Of a stretch of 64,000 nt of DNA, positions 38,419-49,431 are shown piece by piece (the stretch's first letter is position 1; each line of letters starts with the position of its first letter). Location of the stretch: positions 8,288,001 through 8,352,000 of the forward strand of contig OY970303.1 in NCBI GenBank assembly GCA_963716255.1, written 5' to 3'. The DNA comes from an uncultured Gemmatimonadales bacterium (lineage in GTDB: Bacteria; Gemmatimonadota; Gemmatimonadetes; Longimicrobiales; Longimicrobiaceae). A program made the position numbers and the translations under genes. The notes under the pieces are model-generated. The model was given only the letters and a program-made list of their open reading frames with translations. It did not search any database and was not told the origin of the DNA.

Positions 38419-38724
38419 TCAGTCGGCGGCAACGTCCAGCGGGGTCTCCGCCTCGACGGCCTCGGCCAGCTGGAGCGGGAGCACCGAGACCTTCTTGCGG
38501 TCCTTGTCCAGGCGGCCGAACTGCACGTGGCCGTCGACGAGCGCGAAGAGGGTGTCGTCGCTCCCGATGCCGACGTTCTGGCCCGGGTGCAGCTTGGTGC
38601 CGCGCTGGCGCATGATGATGTTGCCGGCGCGGACGAACTCGCCGCCGAACTTCTTCACGCCCAGGCGCTGCGCGTTCGAATCGCGGCCGTTGCGGGTCGA
38701 GCCGCCGCCCTTCTTATGTGCCAT
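38419..38724 (-). CDS. rpmA: 50S ribosomal protein L27
   Basis: [24 protein letters not shown]. Confidence 0.98.
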   Translation of the reverse strand: MAHKKGGGSTRNGRDSNAQRLGVKKFGGEFVRAGNIIMRQRGTKLHPGQNVGIGSDDTLFALVDGHVQFGRLDKDRKKVSVLPLQLAEAVEAETPLDVAAD

Positions 38725-38735
38725 GGCCGGTCTCC

Positions 38736-39050
38736 TTAGCCCAGGTTGATCTCGTTGACGCGGACCTCGGTGAACTTCTGCCGATGTCCCTGCTTGCGCC
38801 GGTAGTTCTTGCGCCGCTTGTGCTTGAAGATGATGATCTTCTCGCCCTTGCCGTGCCGGAGCACCTCAGCCGTCACCGCCGCGCCGGAAACCAGGGGGGC
38901 GCCGACCTTGACCTGGTCGCCCTCGGCGCCGAGGAGGATGTCCTCGAAGCGAAGGGTCTCACCCGGCTCGATGTCGACGGACGGAATGCGAAGCGTCTTA
39001 CCCGGCTCGGCCCGGAACTGCTTGCCGCCGGTGCGGATGATGGCGTACAT
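38736..39050 (-). CDS. rplU: 50S ribosomal protein L21
   Basis: [13 protein letters not shown]...[14 protein letters not shown]. Confidence 0.98.
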   Translation of the reverse strand: MYAIIRTGGKQFRAEPGKTLRIPSVDIEPGETLRFEDILLGAEGDQVKVGAPLVSGAAVTAEVLRHGKGEKIIIFKHKRRKNYRRKQGHRQKFTEVRVNEINLG

Positions 39051-39103
39051 GGTTGGTTGGACTCCCGTGATTCGGACAAGAACCGAAACAAATGCAAGCT
39101 CTG

Positions 39104-39132
39104 AATATCACCGTAAACCGGGACTCTGTCAA
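39104..39132 (-). promoter_or_regulatory. Sigma70 promoter for rplU-rpmA
   Basis: Minus strand TTGACA - 17 bp - GATATT. Confidence 0.65.
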
Positions 39133-39150
39133 GCGGACGCCAGCTCGGAC

Positions 39151-39278
39151 CCCGCGTGAGGGATGCGAGCGCGAAGCGGCGAGCCCCGCGGCAGTTTGCG
39201 GGGCTCGCCTACGTTGCAAACGGTAGTATCGTTTGCTACGGAGCCGCAGCCCGACCCGGCGCGAGCCGGGGCACGCCC
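39151..39278 (+). repeat. Dispersed structured repeat, copy 6 (type II variant)
   Basis: Shares the GATGCGAGCGCGAAGCGGCGAG / CCGCAGCCCGA variant with copy 3. Confidence 0.92.
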
Positions 39279-39295
39279 GAACCGTCGCTGCTTCC

Positions 39296-40849
39296 CTACC
39301 CCAGCGCGTACTTCTGCGTCAGGTCCTGGCTGGACGATCCCGAAACGATCTTGTAGTCGTCCTGCCGGAGCAGCGGGTCGTCGCGCAGCGTCACCTTGAT
39401 CTTGGTCTCGCGGTCCAGCCGCTTGGCGAAGTCGCGCTCCTCCTCCAGCACGTAGAGCGCCACCTCCGGGTGCACCCGGGCCACGAGCGAGCGCTCCTTG
39501 CCGTCGGTGGCGGCGCGGCGCACCGCCCGCTCGATCCGCCGCACGATGGTCTCCGGGGTGAAGATGCGCCCGGTGCCGGAGCAGCAGGGGCACGCCTCGG
39601 TCTGCGACTGGTAGAGCGACTGGCGGACGCGCTGCCGGGTCATCTCGATCAGCCCCAGCTCCGACACCTGGAACGCCTTGGTGCGGGCGCGGTCGCGGGC
39701 CAGGTGCGTGCGCAGCTCCTGGAGGACGCGCTCCCGGTTCTGTTTGGACTCCATGTCGATGAAGTCGCAGACGATGATCCCGCCGGTGTCGCGGAGCCGG
39801 ATCTGCCGGGCGATCTCCTTGGCCGCGTCCAGGTTGGTCTTGAGGATCGTTTTTTCCGGGTCCTTCTTGCCGGTGTAGCGCCCGGTGTTGACGTCGATGG
39901 AGACCAGCGCCTCGGTGGGCTCGATGATGATGTAGCCGCCCGAGGGGAGCGTCACCCTGCGCTGGAAGGCCTCGTGGATCGCCTTCTCGATCCCCAGCGC
40001 GTCGAAGAGCGGCACCGGCTCCTCGTACAGGTGCACCCGCTCCACCAGCGTGGGGTCCACCAGTTCCAGGTACTTGACCACCTCGGCGTGGACGTCGCGG
40101 CTGTCCACCGTCAGCGAGTCCACCTTCTGTGAGAACAGGTCGCGGATGATCCCGGCCGTGAGCTTCGCCTCGCGGTGCACCGGCGCGGGGGCGCGGCCCC
40201 GCTTGGCCCGCTTCTGGATCTGCTTCCACGTCCCCATCAGCGAGTTGAGCTCGCGCTGGAAGGTCTCCTGCGTGAGCTCCTCGCCCACGGTGCGCACGAT
40301 GACGCCGCCGGCGCCCTCCGGCAGGATCCCCCGGGCGAGCGCGCGCAGGCGGGACCGCTCCTCGCGGTCCTCGATCTTGCGCGACACGCCCACGTGGTCC
40401 GAGGGCGGGGGCATGAACACCAGGAAGCGGCCGGGGAGCGAGATGTTCGCCGTGACCCGCGGCCCCTTGGTGCTGATGGGCTCCTTGGAGACCTGCACCA
40501 CCAGCTCCTGCCCCTTCTTGACCACGTCCTGGATGGGCGGGTAGCGGCGGGAGCGCCTGCGGTCCCCCTCCTCCTCGTCCTCTTCCTCGGCGGCGCCGGC
40601 GGCCCCGCCGCCGTTGGTCTCCTCCTGGGCCACGTCGGAAACGTGCAGGAAGGCCGCCTTCTCCGTGCCGATGTCGACGAAGGCCGCCTGGATCCCGGGG
40701 AGGACCGCGTCCACCTTGCCCAGGTAGATGTCGCCCACCATGCGCCCCGCGTCGGGGCGGTCCACCATCAGCTCCACCAGGACGTCGTCCTCGAGGATGG
40801 CGACGCGCGTCTCCTTGGCGGTCGTGTTCATCAGGATCTCGCGCTTCAC
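39296..40849 (-). CDS. rng: Ribonuclease G/E family
   Basis: GDIYLGKV, AAFVDIG, KEPISTKGPR, TEALVSIDVNTG, GGIIVCDFIDM, CPCC; start at GTG (MKREILMN). Confidence 0.92.
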   Translation of the reverse strand: MKREILMNTTAKETRVAILEDDVLVELMVDRPDAGRMVGDIYLGKVDAVLPGIQAAFVDIGTEKAAFLHVSDVAQEETNGGGAAGAAEEEDEEEGDRRRSRRYPPIQDVVKKGQELVVQVSKEPISTKGPRVTANISLPGRFLVFMPPPSDHVGVSRKIEDREERSRLRALARGILPEGAGGVIVRTVGEELTQETFQRELNSLMGTWKQIQKRAKRGRAPAPVHREAKLTAGIIRDLFSQKVDSLTVDSRDVHAEVVKYLELVDPTLVERVHLYEEPVPLFDALGIEKAIHEAFQRRVTLPSGGYIIIEPTEALVSIDVNTGRYTGKKDPEKTILKTNLDAAKEIARQIRLRDTGGIIVCDFIDMESKQNRERVLQELRTHLARDRARTKAFQVSELGLIEMTRQRVRQSLYQSQTEACPCCSGTGRIFTPETIVRRIERAVRRAATDGKERSLVARVHPEVALYVLEEERDFAKRLDRETKIKVTLRDDPLLRQDDYKIVSGSSSQDLTQKYALG

Positions 40850-41146
40850 GCCGCCCCCTTCCCCGCGGCGCGGGAGGGGCACGGCCGCTCCACGCACGAT
40901 CTTCCCGGGCGGGCGCACCCGGGCGCCCGCCGCTCCTTGGATGTATGCATCCGACACCTTCTTCCGTGCGCCCGCCTGCGCGGGCGCGGCACACGGCCCG
41001 CCGTGCCGGCGATCTGCCGGCTCAGGATGCCCCGGTCCGGGACGGACGTCGCGTCCCGGCGCGCACTGGCTGCCCCGCCCTCGGGCGGTGGCGTGCGTGC
41101 CGGCGAGCGGCGTTCCCCCGGGGCCGGTGCGGCACCCGTCGGGCTC

Positions 41147-42358
<1,212 letters not shown>

Positions 42359-42458
42359 GATCGTCCGATGTGGGGCGGCGCGTCGGGCGCGAAAAACGGT
42401 GGAATCTAAGCCCGCGCGCGCCGCCCGGAAAGTGACCCCGGGGGCCGCGGAGGGTCGG

Positions 42459-44855
42459 TCACACCCGCGCCTCGCCCGCCTCCTCGCCCGTCGCCTCGCG
42501 GATCGCCTGCAGGAACGCTTCGCCGTACTGCCGCATCTTGGCGGGCCCCACCCCGGGCACGTCCAGCATTTCCGCCTCGTCGCGCGGGGCGTGCTTCGCC
42601 AGCTCCACCAGCGTGCGGTCGGCGAAGACGCAGTACGGCGGGAGCTTGGCCTGCTTGGCCAGCTCGGTGCGCAGCGTCCGCAGCCGCCCGTACAGCTCCG
42701 CCTCGCGCGCGTCGGCGGGGCCGGGGCGGTCCTCCGCGCGCTTCGCGCGCCGCTCGCGCCGGGCGGGCGCGCGCTCGCCCGCGGCGCCGCCGGCGGCCGG
42801 GTGGTCGGGGGCGTGGCGCTTCATCACCTCCAGGAAGGGATGCCCGAACTTTTCCAGCGTCTTCTGCCCCACGCCGGGAACGGCGAGCATGTCCTCGGGG
42901 GTGGCGGGGCAGCGCGCGGCGAACGCCTTGAGCACCGAGTCCGGGAACACGAAGTAGGGCGGGATGCCGGCCCGGAGCGCCACCTGCTTGCGCACCTCGC
43001 GCAGCTCGGAGAACAGCGTCTCCTCCTGCTCGGAGGGGGGCGCCTCGTCCGCGGCGGCGGAGCGGCGGCGCGGCTCGCCCATCCCCACCGCGGCGGCCAC
43101 GGTCGCCAGGACTCCCCCGCCCTTCCCCTTGACGCAGTTGTCGCAGGCGCCGCATTCGTCCATGGCCGCGGCGTCGCCGAAGTAGCGCAGGATGAAGCCG
43201 CGCCGGCACCCCTCGGCGTAGGCGTAGCGCTGCATCTCCTGGAGCTTGCGGGTGTCCCGCTTCTTCTTGGCCTCCAGCCCCTGCCAGTCGATGGCCAGGC
43301 GCTGCACGGGCGTGGAGCGGTCCAGCACCACGATTCCCTCGCCGCTCCACGCGCTCCACTCGATGAAGCCCTCGGCCTCCAGGGCGTCCAGCAGCGGGGC
43401 GACGCGGTTGCGGGGCCCCAGGTCGCGCCACTCCAGGTCGGCGCCGCGGTACACGGCCTCGCCGCGGCCGGCCTTCCACAGCTGCCGCAGGAGCGCGACC
43501 TCGTCGTCGCGGCCGGCCTCGCCCAGCTCGCGGGTGATGCGCTGCGGCGTGGCGATGAGCCGCACGCGCACGGAGGCGCCGCCGGCGGGGCTGGTCCGCG
43601 CCAGCCCGTAGTCCTGGAGGATGCGCAGCGCCGAGAACACCTGCCGGTCGCCCTTGAGCCCCAGGGTCGCCGCGAGCTCCTGGACGGGGATGCTGAACAG
43701 CCCGGAGGAGTCCATCCCGGTGCGCAGCCCCTTCATCACGTCCTCCACGGTCTTCCGCGGCGGGTTGCTCTGCTCGATGAAGAACTCGTGCGTGAACCGG
43801 TCGGGGTAGGCGTGCAGCAGCACGCACTCCGAGGGCTCGCCGTCGCGCCCGGCGCGCCCGGCCTCCTGGTAGTACGCCTCCAGGTTGCCGGGCATGTTGT
43901 AGTGCACGACGATGCGCACGTCGGACTTGTCGATTCCCATGCCGAAGGCGTTGGTCGCCACCACCACGGGGACCTCGCCCTTCATGAACGACTCCTGGAT
44001 CCGCTTGCGCTCGCCGTCCACCAGCCCGGCGTGGTAGCCCACTGTGCGCGTGCCCACGCCGTTGAGCAGCGAGGTGAGCGCGTCCACGCTCTTGCGGGTG
44101 GAGGCGTAGACGATGGAGGAGCCTTCGCGGCCGCGCAGGAGCTTGAGGAGGAGGCGGTCCTTTTCGGAATCGTTCTTCGCCCGCAGGACGTGCCAGTTCA
44201 GGTTGCGCCGGTCGAAGCCGGTGACCAGCACTTCGGGGTCGCGCAGGTCGAGCTGGCGGACGATGTCGCGCCGCACCTCCTCGGTTGCCGTGGCCGTCAG
44301 CGCGGCGACGGGCGGGTTGCCCAGCGCCTCGCGCACGCGACCCAGCCGCAGGTACGACGGGCGGAAGTCGTGCCCCCACTCGGACACGCAGTGCGCCTCG
44401 TCCACGGCCAGCAGCGACACGTTCAGGCGGGCGAGCCGGTCCTGGAAGCTCTCGGCGTCGAAGCGCTCGGGCGCCACGTACAGCAGCTTGTACTGCCCCC
44501 GCTCGGCGCCGCCCAGGCGCGCGGCCATCTCGGAGCCGCTCAGCGTGGAGTTGATGAAGGTGGCCGGGAGCCCGCGGGCGTCCAGGGTGTCCACCTGGTC
44601 CTTCATGAGGCTGATGAGCGGGGAGACCACGAGGGTCACCCCCGGCAGCATCATGGCGGGGACCTGGTAGCACAGCGACTTGCCGCCCCCGGTGGGCATC
44701 ACGGTGAGCGAGTCGCGGCCGGAAAGCACGTTGCGAATGGCCTGGTCCTGCCCCGGCCGGAAGTCCGGGTACCCCCAGCCCTGGTGCAGGACCTCGCGTG
44801 CGCGGTCGAGCGCCGGGTCGGCGGTGGTCTCGGCTGTGGGGGCTTCGAAGGCCAT
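42459..44855 (-). CDS. recQ: RecQ family DNA helicase with two HRDC domains
   Basis: MPTGGGKSLCYQ, VDEAHCVSEWGHDFRP, QEAGRAGRDG, CRR...CGACDNC, two PPY.VF.D HRDC repeats. Confidence 0.94.
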   Translation of the reverse strand: MAFEAPTAETTADPALDRAREVLHQGWGYPDFRPGQDQAIRNVLSGRDSLTVMPTGGGKSLCYQVPAMMLPGVTLVVSPLISLMKDQVDTLDARGLPATFINSTLSGSEMAARLGGAERGQYKLLYVAPERFDAESFQDRLARLNVSLLAVDEAHCVSEWGHDFRPSYLRLGRVREALGNPPVAALTATATEEVRRDIVRQLDLRDPEVLVTGFDRRNLNWHVLRAKNDSEKDRLLLKLLRGREGSSIVYASTRKSVDALTSLLNGVGTRTVGYHAGLVDGERKRIQESFMKGEVPVVVATNAFGMGIDKSDVRIVVHYNMPGNLEAYYQEAGRAGRDGEPSECVLLHAYPDRFTHEFFIEQSNPPRKTVEDVMKGLRTGMDSSGLFSIPVQELAATLGLKGDRQVFSALRILQDYGLARTSPAGGASVRVRLIATPQRITRELGEAGRDDEVALLRQLWKAGRGEAVYRGADLEWRDLGPRNRVAPLLDALEAEGFIEWSAWSGEGIVVLDRSTPVQRLAIDWQGLEAKKKRDTRKLQEMQRYAYAEGCRRGFILRYFGDAAAMDECGACDNCVKGKGGGVLATVAAAVGMGEPRRRSAAADEAPPSEQEETLFSELREVRKQVALRAGIPPYFVFPDSVLKAFAARCPATPEDMLAVPGVGQKTLEKFGHPFLEVMKRHAPDHPAAGGAAGERAPARRERRAKRAEDRPGPADAREAELYGRLRTLRTELAKQAKLPPYCVFADRTLVELAKHAPRDEAEMLDVPGVGPAKMRQYGEAFLQAIREATGEEAGEARV

Positions 44856-45149
44856 CTGCGGTCGGGAGAAGTTCACGAAGTGTCCGGGTTCCGTGGCGGC
44901 TGCCTGTACACGGATGGGGGCGGGAGGGTCCGCGGGCGGGACGCCCTGGGAGTCTCGGCACGCGCGGCGCCGGGCTTTCGCGCCCTGGCCACGGGGCGTC
45001 GGACGGCGCCGTCCGGCCCCGCACACCGTCCAGATTTCGTACACCCGCGGGAAAACCCGCGCGTCCGCTGCACGATCGGCCCGCCGCCGGCATGGAGCCG
45101 TACGATTCCTTTACACTCCACCCACCCCGCACGGACGGCGCAGGATCCC

Positions 45150-45248
45150 AACAAGCAACTGCACTGCAACAAGTTGCGTAACTCCGCCTGGATGGGCCCG
45201 GTCCCTGCCATGTACCGGACCCGACAGCGGCCGTGGCGCGGCGAGTGC
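45150..45248 (+). promoter_or_regulatory. Possible sigma54 promoter with upstream AT-rich site
   Basis: TGGCGC-N5-GTGC (GG-N10-GC, 45234-45248) about 55 bp before the ATG; AT-richer tract CAACAAGTTG upstream. A weak match is easy to get in GC-rich DNA. Confidence 0.3.
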
Positions 45249-45303
45249 CGTGCCCCCGTGCGGAAGAGCCGCAGGCCGAACACCCCCCCGGAGACACCAT
45301 CCA

Positions 45304-45786
45304 ATGAAGACCGTCCGCATCGCCCTCCCCGCAGCCGCCCTCCTCGCCTTCGCGGGCGCCGGCTCCGCGACCGCCCAGGACCAGACCGTGGGCTACGAGG
45401 TGCAGGCCGTGAGCGAGATCTCGTTCTCGGGCTCGCCGTCGCTCGTCATCGGCCAGGCGCTGGCGGGGACGGGGCTGACCTCGGCGAGCGCCACGGCCAG
45501 CTACGCCCTGACCACCAACCAGAGCGGGATGAAGATCACCGCGCAGCTCGGCGCGGCGCTCCCGGCCCACGTCACCCTTTCGGTGAGCCTGGAGGCGCCC
45601 TCCGGCGGGACGAGCGCCGGGACCGTGGCGCTCTCGGATGCCGTCGCAAAGGACGTGGTCACCGGGGTGTCCATGGTGAACGAGTCCGGGCTGGAAGTGG
45701 CCTACAAGCTGGCCGCGGGCGTGGATGCGGGCGTCGTGCCCGCCGGCACCGTGCAGGTGATGTACACGGTGACCGCCGCGATCTGA
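45304..45786 (+). CDS. Secreted beta-rich protein, pilin/fimbrial subunit-like
   Basis: Signal peptide ending ATA-Q; 160 aa, rich in Ala/Gly/Ser/Thr/Val; C-terminal VQVMYTVT strand. Confidence 0.65.
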   Translation: MKTVRIALPAAALLAFAGAGSATAQDQTVGYEVQAVSEISFSGSPSLVIGQALAGTGLTSASATASYALTTNQSGMKITAQLGAALPAHVTLSVSLEAPSGGTSAGTVALSDAVAKDVVTGVSMVNESGLEVAYKLAAGVDAGVVPAGTVQVMYTVTAAI

Positions 45787-45868
45787 TCCCTGCCGGCCGC
45801 GGTCCGGGGCGGGGCGACGGCGCCCCGCCCCTTATCGTTTCCCACCCGATCCATCTTCCGACGATCTC

Positions 45869-46678
45869 ATGAACAGCCTGTCCGGGGCCGCCCTCGCGGC
45901 CGCGCTCCTCCTCGCCCCCCGCGCCCTGGGCGCGCAGATCACCGTCACCAGCGGCGCCGTGGAGGAGCGCGAGGCGCGCCCGGGCGAGAGCTACACGGGC
46001 ACCATCCGCCTTCGCAACGTGGGCACGCGCCCCGAGGAGGCACGCGTCTACCGGACGGACTACGGCTACGACGCGGAGGGCCGCACCCGGTTCGGCGACC
46101 CGGGCACGGAGCCGCGGTCGAGCGCGGCGTGGACCACGGCCACCCCGGCGCGCGTGGTGGTGCCGCCGGGCGGCGAGGCCACGGTGGGGTACAGCGTCCG
46201 GGTGCCGGACTCGATTCCGCTCTCGGGGACCTACTGGAGCGTGGTGATGGTGGAGGGGGTGCCGGAGGCGCCGGACGCCGCGGGCGGGCGCCGCGCGGGC
46301 CGGGTGGAGGTGGGGGTGCGCCCGGCCGTGCGCTACGCCGTCCAGCTCGCCACCCACGTGGGCGGAACGGGGACGCGCCAGGTGGAGTTCGCCCGGGTGC
46401 GCGCCCTGGGCGCGCCGGGCGGGGCGAAGCGGCTGGAGTTCGACCTGGTGAACAGCGGCGAGCTGGCGTGCCGCCCCGAGCTCCGGGTGGAGCTGTTCGA
46501 CGAGGCGGGGGCGCCGGTGGGGACCTTCACCCGCACGCGCGGGCTCTTCTACCCGGGGACCACGCTCCGCCAGGCCTTCGACCTGGGCGCGCTCCCCGCG
46601 GGAAGCTACCAGGCGCTGGTGGTCGCCGACGCCGGGGGCGAGAGCGTCTTCGGCGGGCAGTTCACGCTCCGGCTGTAG
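45869..46678 (+). CDS. Periplasmic two-Ig-domain protein, pilus chaperone-like
   Basis: Signal peptide; IRLRN.G, W...P..VVVPPG, GTYWSVVMVE, VRYAVQL, LVNSGE, LPAGSYQALV. Confidence 0.6.
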   Translation: MNSLSGAALAAALLLAPRALGAQITVTSGAVEEREARPGESYTGTIRLRNVGTRPEEARVYRTDYGYDAEGRTRFGDPGTEPRSSAAWTTATPARVVVPPGGEATVGYSVRVPDSIPLSGTYWSVVMVEGVPEAPDAAGGRRAGRVEVGVRPAVRYAVQLATHVGGTGTRQVEFARVRALGAPGGAKRLEFDLVNSGELACRPELRVELFDEAGAPVGTFTRTRGLFYPGTTLRQAFDLGALPAGSYQALVVADAGGESVFGGQFTLRL

Positions 46679-46685
46679 CCCCGGC

Positions 46686-49358
46686 ATGCTCCGTCCCGGG
46701 GCGCTGCTGCTCGCGCTTCTCCTCGCCGCTCCCGCGGCGGCCCAGGCGCCCCGCCCGCTCGTGCAGCGGCAGGGCGCCGCCCGCGTTTCCACCCCGCCCG
46801 GGCGCGGCGTCACGGCCGCGTTCCTGGTGTCGCCCGCCTCGCCCGCGGGCGCGACGGTCCACGCCGAGGTGGAGGCCCCCGAGGGCTGGCGCACCGTCGC
46901 CGGGGGCGGCCCGCTGCGCGTGGGGCCCGGCGAGCGGCGCATGCAGCTGGTGAGCGTGGCGGTGCCGGCCGCCGCCGCCGCGGGCGCCTACTTCGTCCAC
47001 CTGGCGGCCCGCTCCGGCTACGCCACCGGCCGCGACTCGGTGCGGGTGGAGGTGGCGGAGCACCGCGGCCTGGCGGTGCGGCTGCTCGCCGCGCCGCGCT
47101 TCGCGCCGGCGGGCGGCGCCTACGCGGCGGACTTCCTGGTCACCAACACCGGCAACGTGGAAAGCCGGGTCCGGCTCGCCGCCCGCGGCTCGCACGGCCT
47201 CCCCGCCCGCGCCGACTCGGCCCTGCTGCGCCTCGCCCCCGGCGCGAGCCGCGAGGTGCGGGTGTCGGTCTCTACGCGCGGCGTGGACCACGGCTTAATT
47301 CACGAGGTGCGGCTGGTGGCGAGCGACGCGGCGGACACGGTTTCCGCCACGGCGTCCGGACGCGTGGAGCTGGTTCCCGGGGGGAGCGCCCGCCCCGGCC
47401 GCATCCCCGCGGAGCTGGCGGTGCACGCGGCTGCGCTGGGAGGCCCGGGGCTCCCGCTCTCCCTGGCGGGCTCGGGGGCGCTCCCCGGCGGGAGCGGGAT
47501 GCGGGTGGACTTCGACTTCCGCGGCGGCGGCGCGGGGCTGGTGGGGGGCGCGGCCATGGACCGCTACGCCGCCCGGCTCCGCGGCAGGGGCTTCGACCTG
47601 TTCCTGGGCGACCAGCTCTACACCCTGTCGCCGCTGACGGAGCCGGGGCGCCCCGGCTTCGGCGTGGGGGGCCGGTGGAGCGCCGGGCGCTGGAGCGTGT
47701 CGGGATTCGGGCAGCGCGACCGCCGGGTCCCCGGCGAGGCCCCCCGCTACGGGGCGTCGCTGGGGTACGCGGCCGGCCCCGGCACCCTGTCCTTCAACGC
47801 GCTCTCCGTTCCGGGTGAGGGGCTTTCCGCCACCGCGCGCGCCCTGCTCCACCCCTTCCGGATCGTGGCGCTGGACCTGGAGTACGGCCGGGGGATGGAC
47901 GGCGCGGAGGTGGGCGGGGGGTACTCGGTGCGGCTCTCGGGGTCGACTTCCTGGCTGGCGTACGCGCTCCACCGGGCCCGCGCCGACGCGGGCTTTCCCG
48001 CGCCGGACGGGGTGGCCGCCCAGGACCGGGCCAGCGTCCGCCTGCAGCCGGGCGGGGGCTTCTACCTGTCGGGCTCGGCCGCCCGCTACTCCGCCGGCCC
48101 GTACGGGCCGGGCGCCCTCGACGGGTGGGCGGGGACCGGCGAGTCGTGGCGGGTGGGCGCCGGCCACGGCGGCGGCTTCTCGGCCGAATTCCGCCGCGAG
48201 CTGCGCAGCGGGACGGGACTGGTGTCCGTCCCCGAGCTGGAAACGCGCGCGCTGGCCCTCCGCGCCAGCCGGACGCTGGGCCCGCTGACGCTCTCGCCGC
48301 ACGCCGAAGTGGGGACGGCGGGCGACCCGCGCGGCCGGCCGGCGCCGCTGCGAAACCTGGGGCTGTGGTCGGCGCTGCGCCTGGGCGGGGGCGGCTCCGT
48401 GTCGGCGGGGGTGGAGCGCCGGCTGGGGGCGGCCGGCGGCGGCGCGCTCTCGGACCGGCTGCGCGGCAGCGCCGACGCCACGCTCCGCGCGGGCGGCGCG
48501 ACGACGCTGCGCCTGTCGGCGCGGGGGGAGCTGGACCGGCGCGGCGGGGAGGCCGCGGACCGCGGGGTGGACGCCGAGGTGGAAAGGCAGCTCCCCGGGG
48601 GGCACCGCCTGGTGGGGCGCGTGCGGGCAGCGTGGCGGGAGGGCGGGCTGGCGCGCGCCCCGCTCTTCCTCCTGGACTACGTGGTCCCCCTGCGCGTCCC
48701 CGTGCCGCGCCGCCTGGCCGGGGGGCGCGCGTCGGGGGTCGTGGTGGATGGTGGGGACGGGCGCGGGGTGGAGGGCGTGCTCCTGCGGCTCGGCGGGCGG
48801 GCGACGGTGACCGACAAGCACGGGCGCTGGAGCCTGGAGGGACTGCCCGCGGGCGCCCACTCCCTGGAGGTGGACCGGCTCAGCCTGGGGCTGGACCGCA
48901 TCCCCGACGTCCCCATGCCGCTGCGGGTGGTGGTGGCGGACGGGCGGACCGCGCGGGTGGACCTCCGCCTGGCCCGCAGCACCCGCGTGCTCGGCAACGT
49001 GCGCCGCGCCCCGAGCCACGCCGGCGAGGCCGGGGTGGAGGTGACGCTTTCCCGCGGCGGCGAGCGCCACCGGCAGACCACCGACGCGTGGGGCCGCTTC
49101 GACTTTCCCGACCTCGCCCCCGGGCGGTGGCTGCTCGCCGCCCGCCACCCCGCCCTCCCGGCGGGCCATTCGCTCGCGCCGGACACCGTCGCCCTGGAGC
49201 TGGCGCCCGGCGAGCGCCGCGAGGTTTCGCTGCGGGTGGTCCCGCGCGCGCGGCCGGTGCGGATCATCGCGGGGGGCGAGGTCCGGGTGGAGGCGGAGGC
49301 GCCCCGGGAGCGCCCCGCCGGGCCACGCCCGCGCGCCCGCCCGGCCCGAAAGGACTGA
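46686..49358 (+). CDS. Large outer-membrane protein, usher-like architecture
   Basis: Signal peptide; N-terminal Ig-like domains (VTNTGN), central Gly/aromatic amphipathic strands, two C-terminal TD..GR(W/F)...L.PG prealbumin-like domains. Confidence 0.55.
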   Translation: MLRPGALLLALLLAAPAAAQAPRPLVQRQGAARVSTPPGRGVTAAFLVSPASPAGATVHAEVEAPEGWRTVAGGGPLRVGPGERRMQLVSVAVPAAAAAGAYFVHLAARSGYATGRDSVRVEVAEHRGLAVRLLAAPRFAPAGGAYAADFLVTNTGNVESRVRLAARGSHGLPARADSALLRLAPGASREVRVSVSTRGVDHGLIHEVRLVASDAADTVSATASGRVELVPGGSARPGRIPAELAVHAAALGGPGLPLSLAGSGALPGGSGMRVDFDFRGGGAGLVGGAAMDRYAARLRGRGFDLFLGDQLYTLSPLTEPGRPGFGVGGRWSAGRWSVSGFGQRDRRVPGEAPRYGASLGYAAGPGTLSFNALSVPGEGLSATARALLHPFRIVALDLEYGRGMDGAEVGGGYSVRLSGSTSWLAYALHRARADAGFPAPDGVAAQDRASVRLQPGGGFYLSGSAARYSAGPYGPGALDGWAGTGESWRVGAGHGGGFSAEFRRELRSGTGLVSVPELETRALALRASRTLGPLTLSPHAEVGTAGDPRGRPAPLRNLGLWSALRLGGGGSVSAGVERRLGAAGGGALSDRLRGSADATLRAGGATTLRLSARGELDRRGGEAADRGVDAEVERQLPGGHRLVGRVRAAWREGGLARAPLFLLDYVVPLRVPVPRRLAGGRASGVVVDGGDGRGVEGVLLRLGGRATVTDKHGRWSLEGLPAGAHSLEVDRLSLGLDRIPDVPMPLRVVVADGRTARVDLRLARSTRVLGNVRRAPSHAGEAGVEVTLSRGGERHRQTTDAWGRFDFPDLAPGRWLLAARHPALPAGHSLAPDTVALELAPGERREVSLRVVPRARPVRIIAGGEVRVEAEAPRERPAGPRPRARPARKD

Positions 49359-49431
49359 GGCCCGGGTCTTGCTTCGTGCCGCGGAACCGCGCCCATCCGG
49401 GACGCGGTCCCGCACCGTACGAATCCACAGG

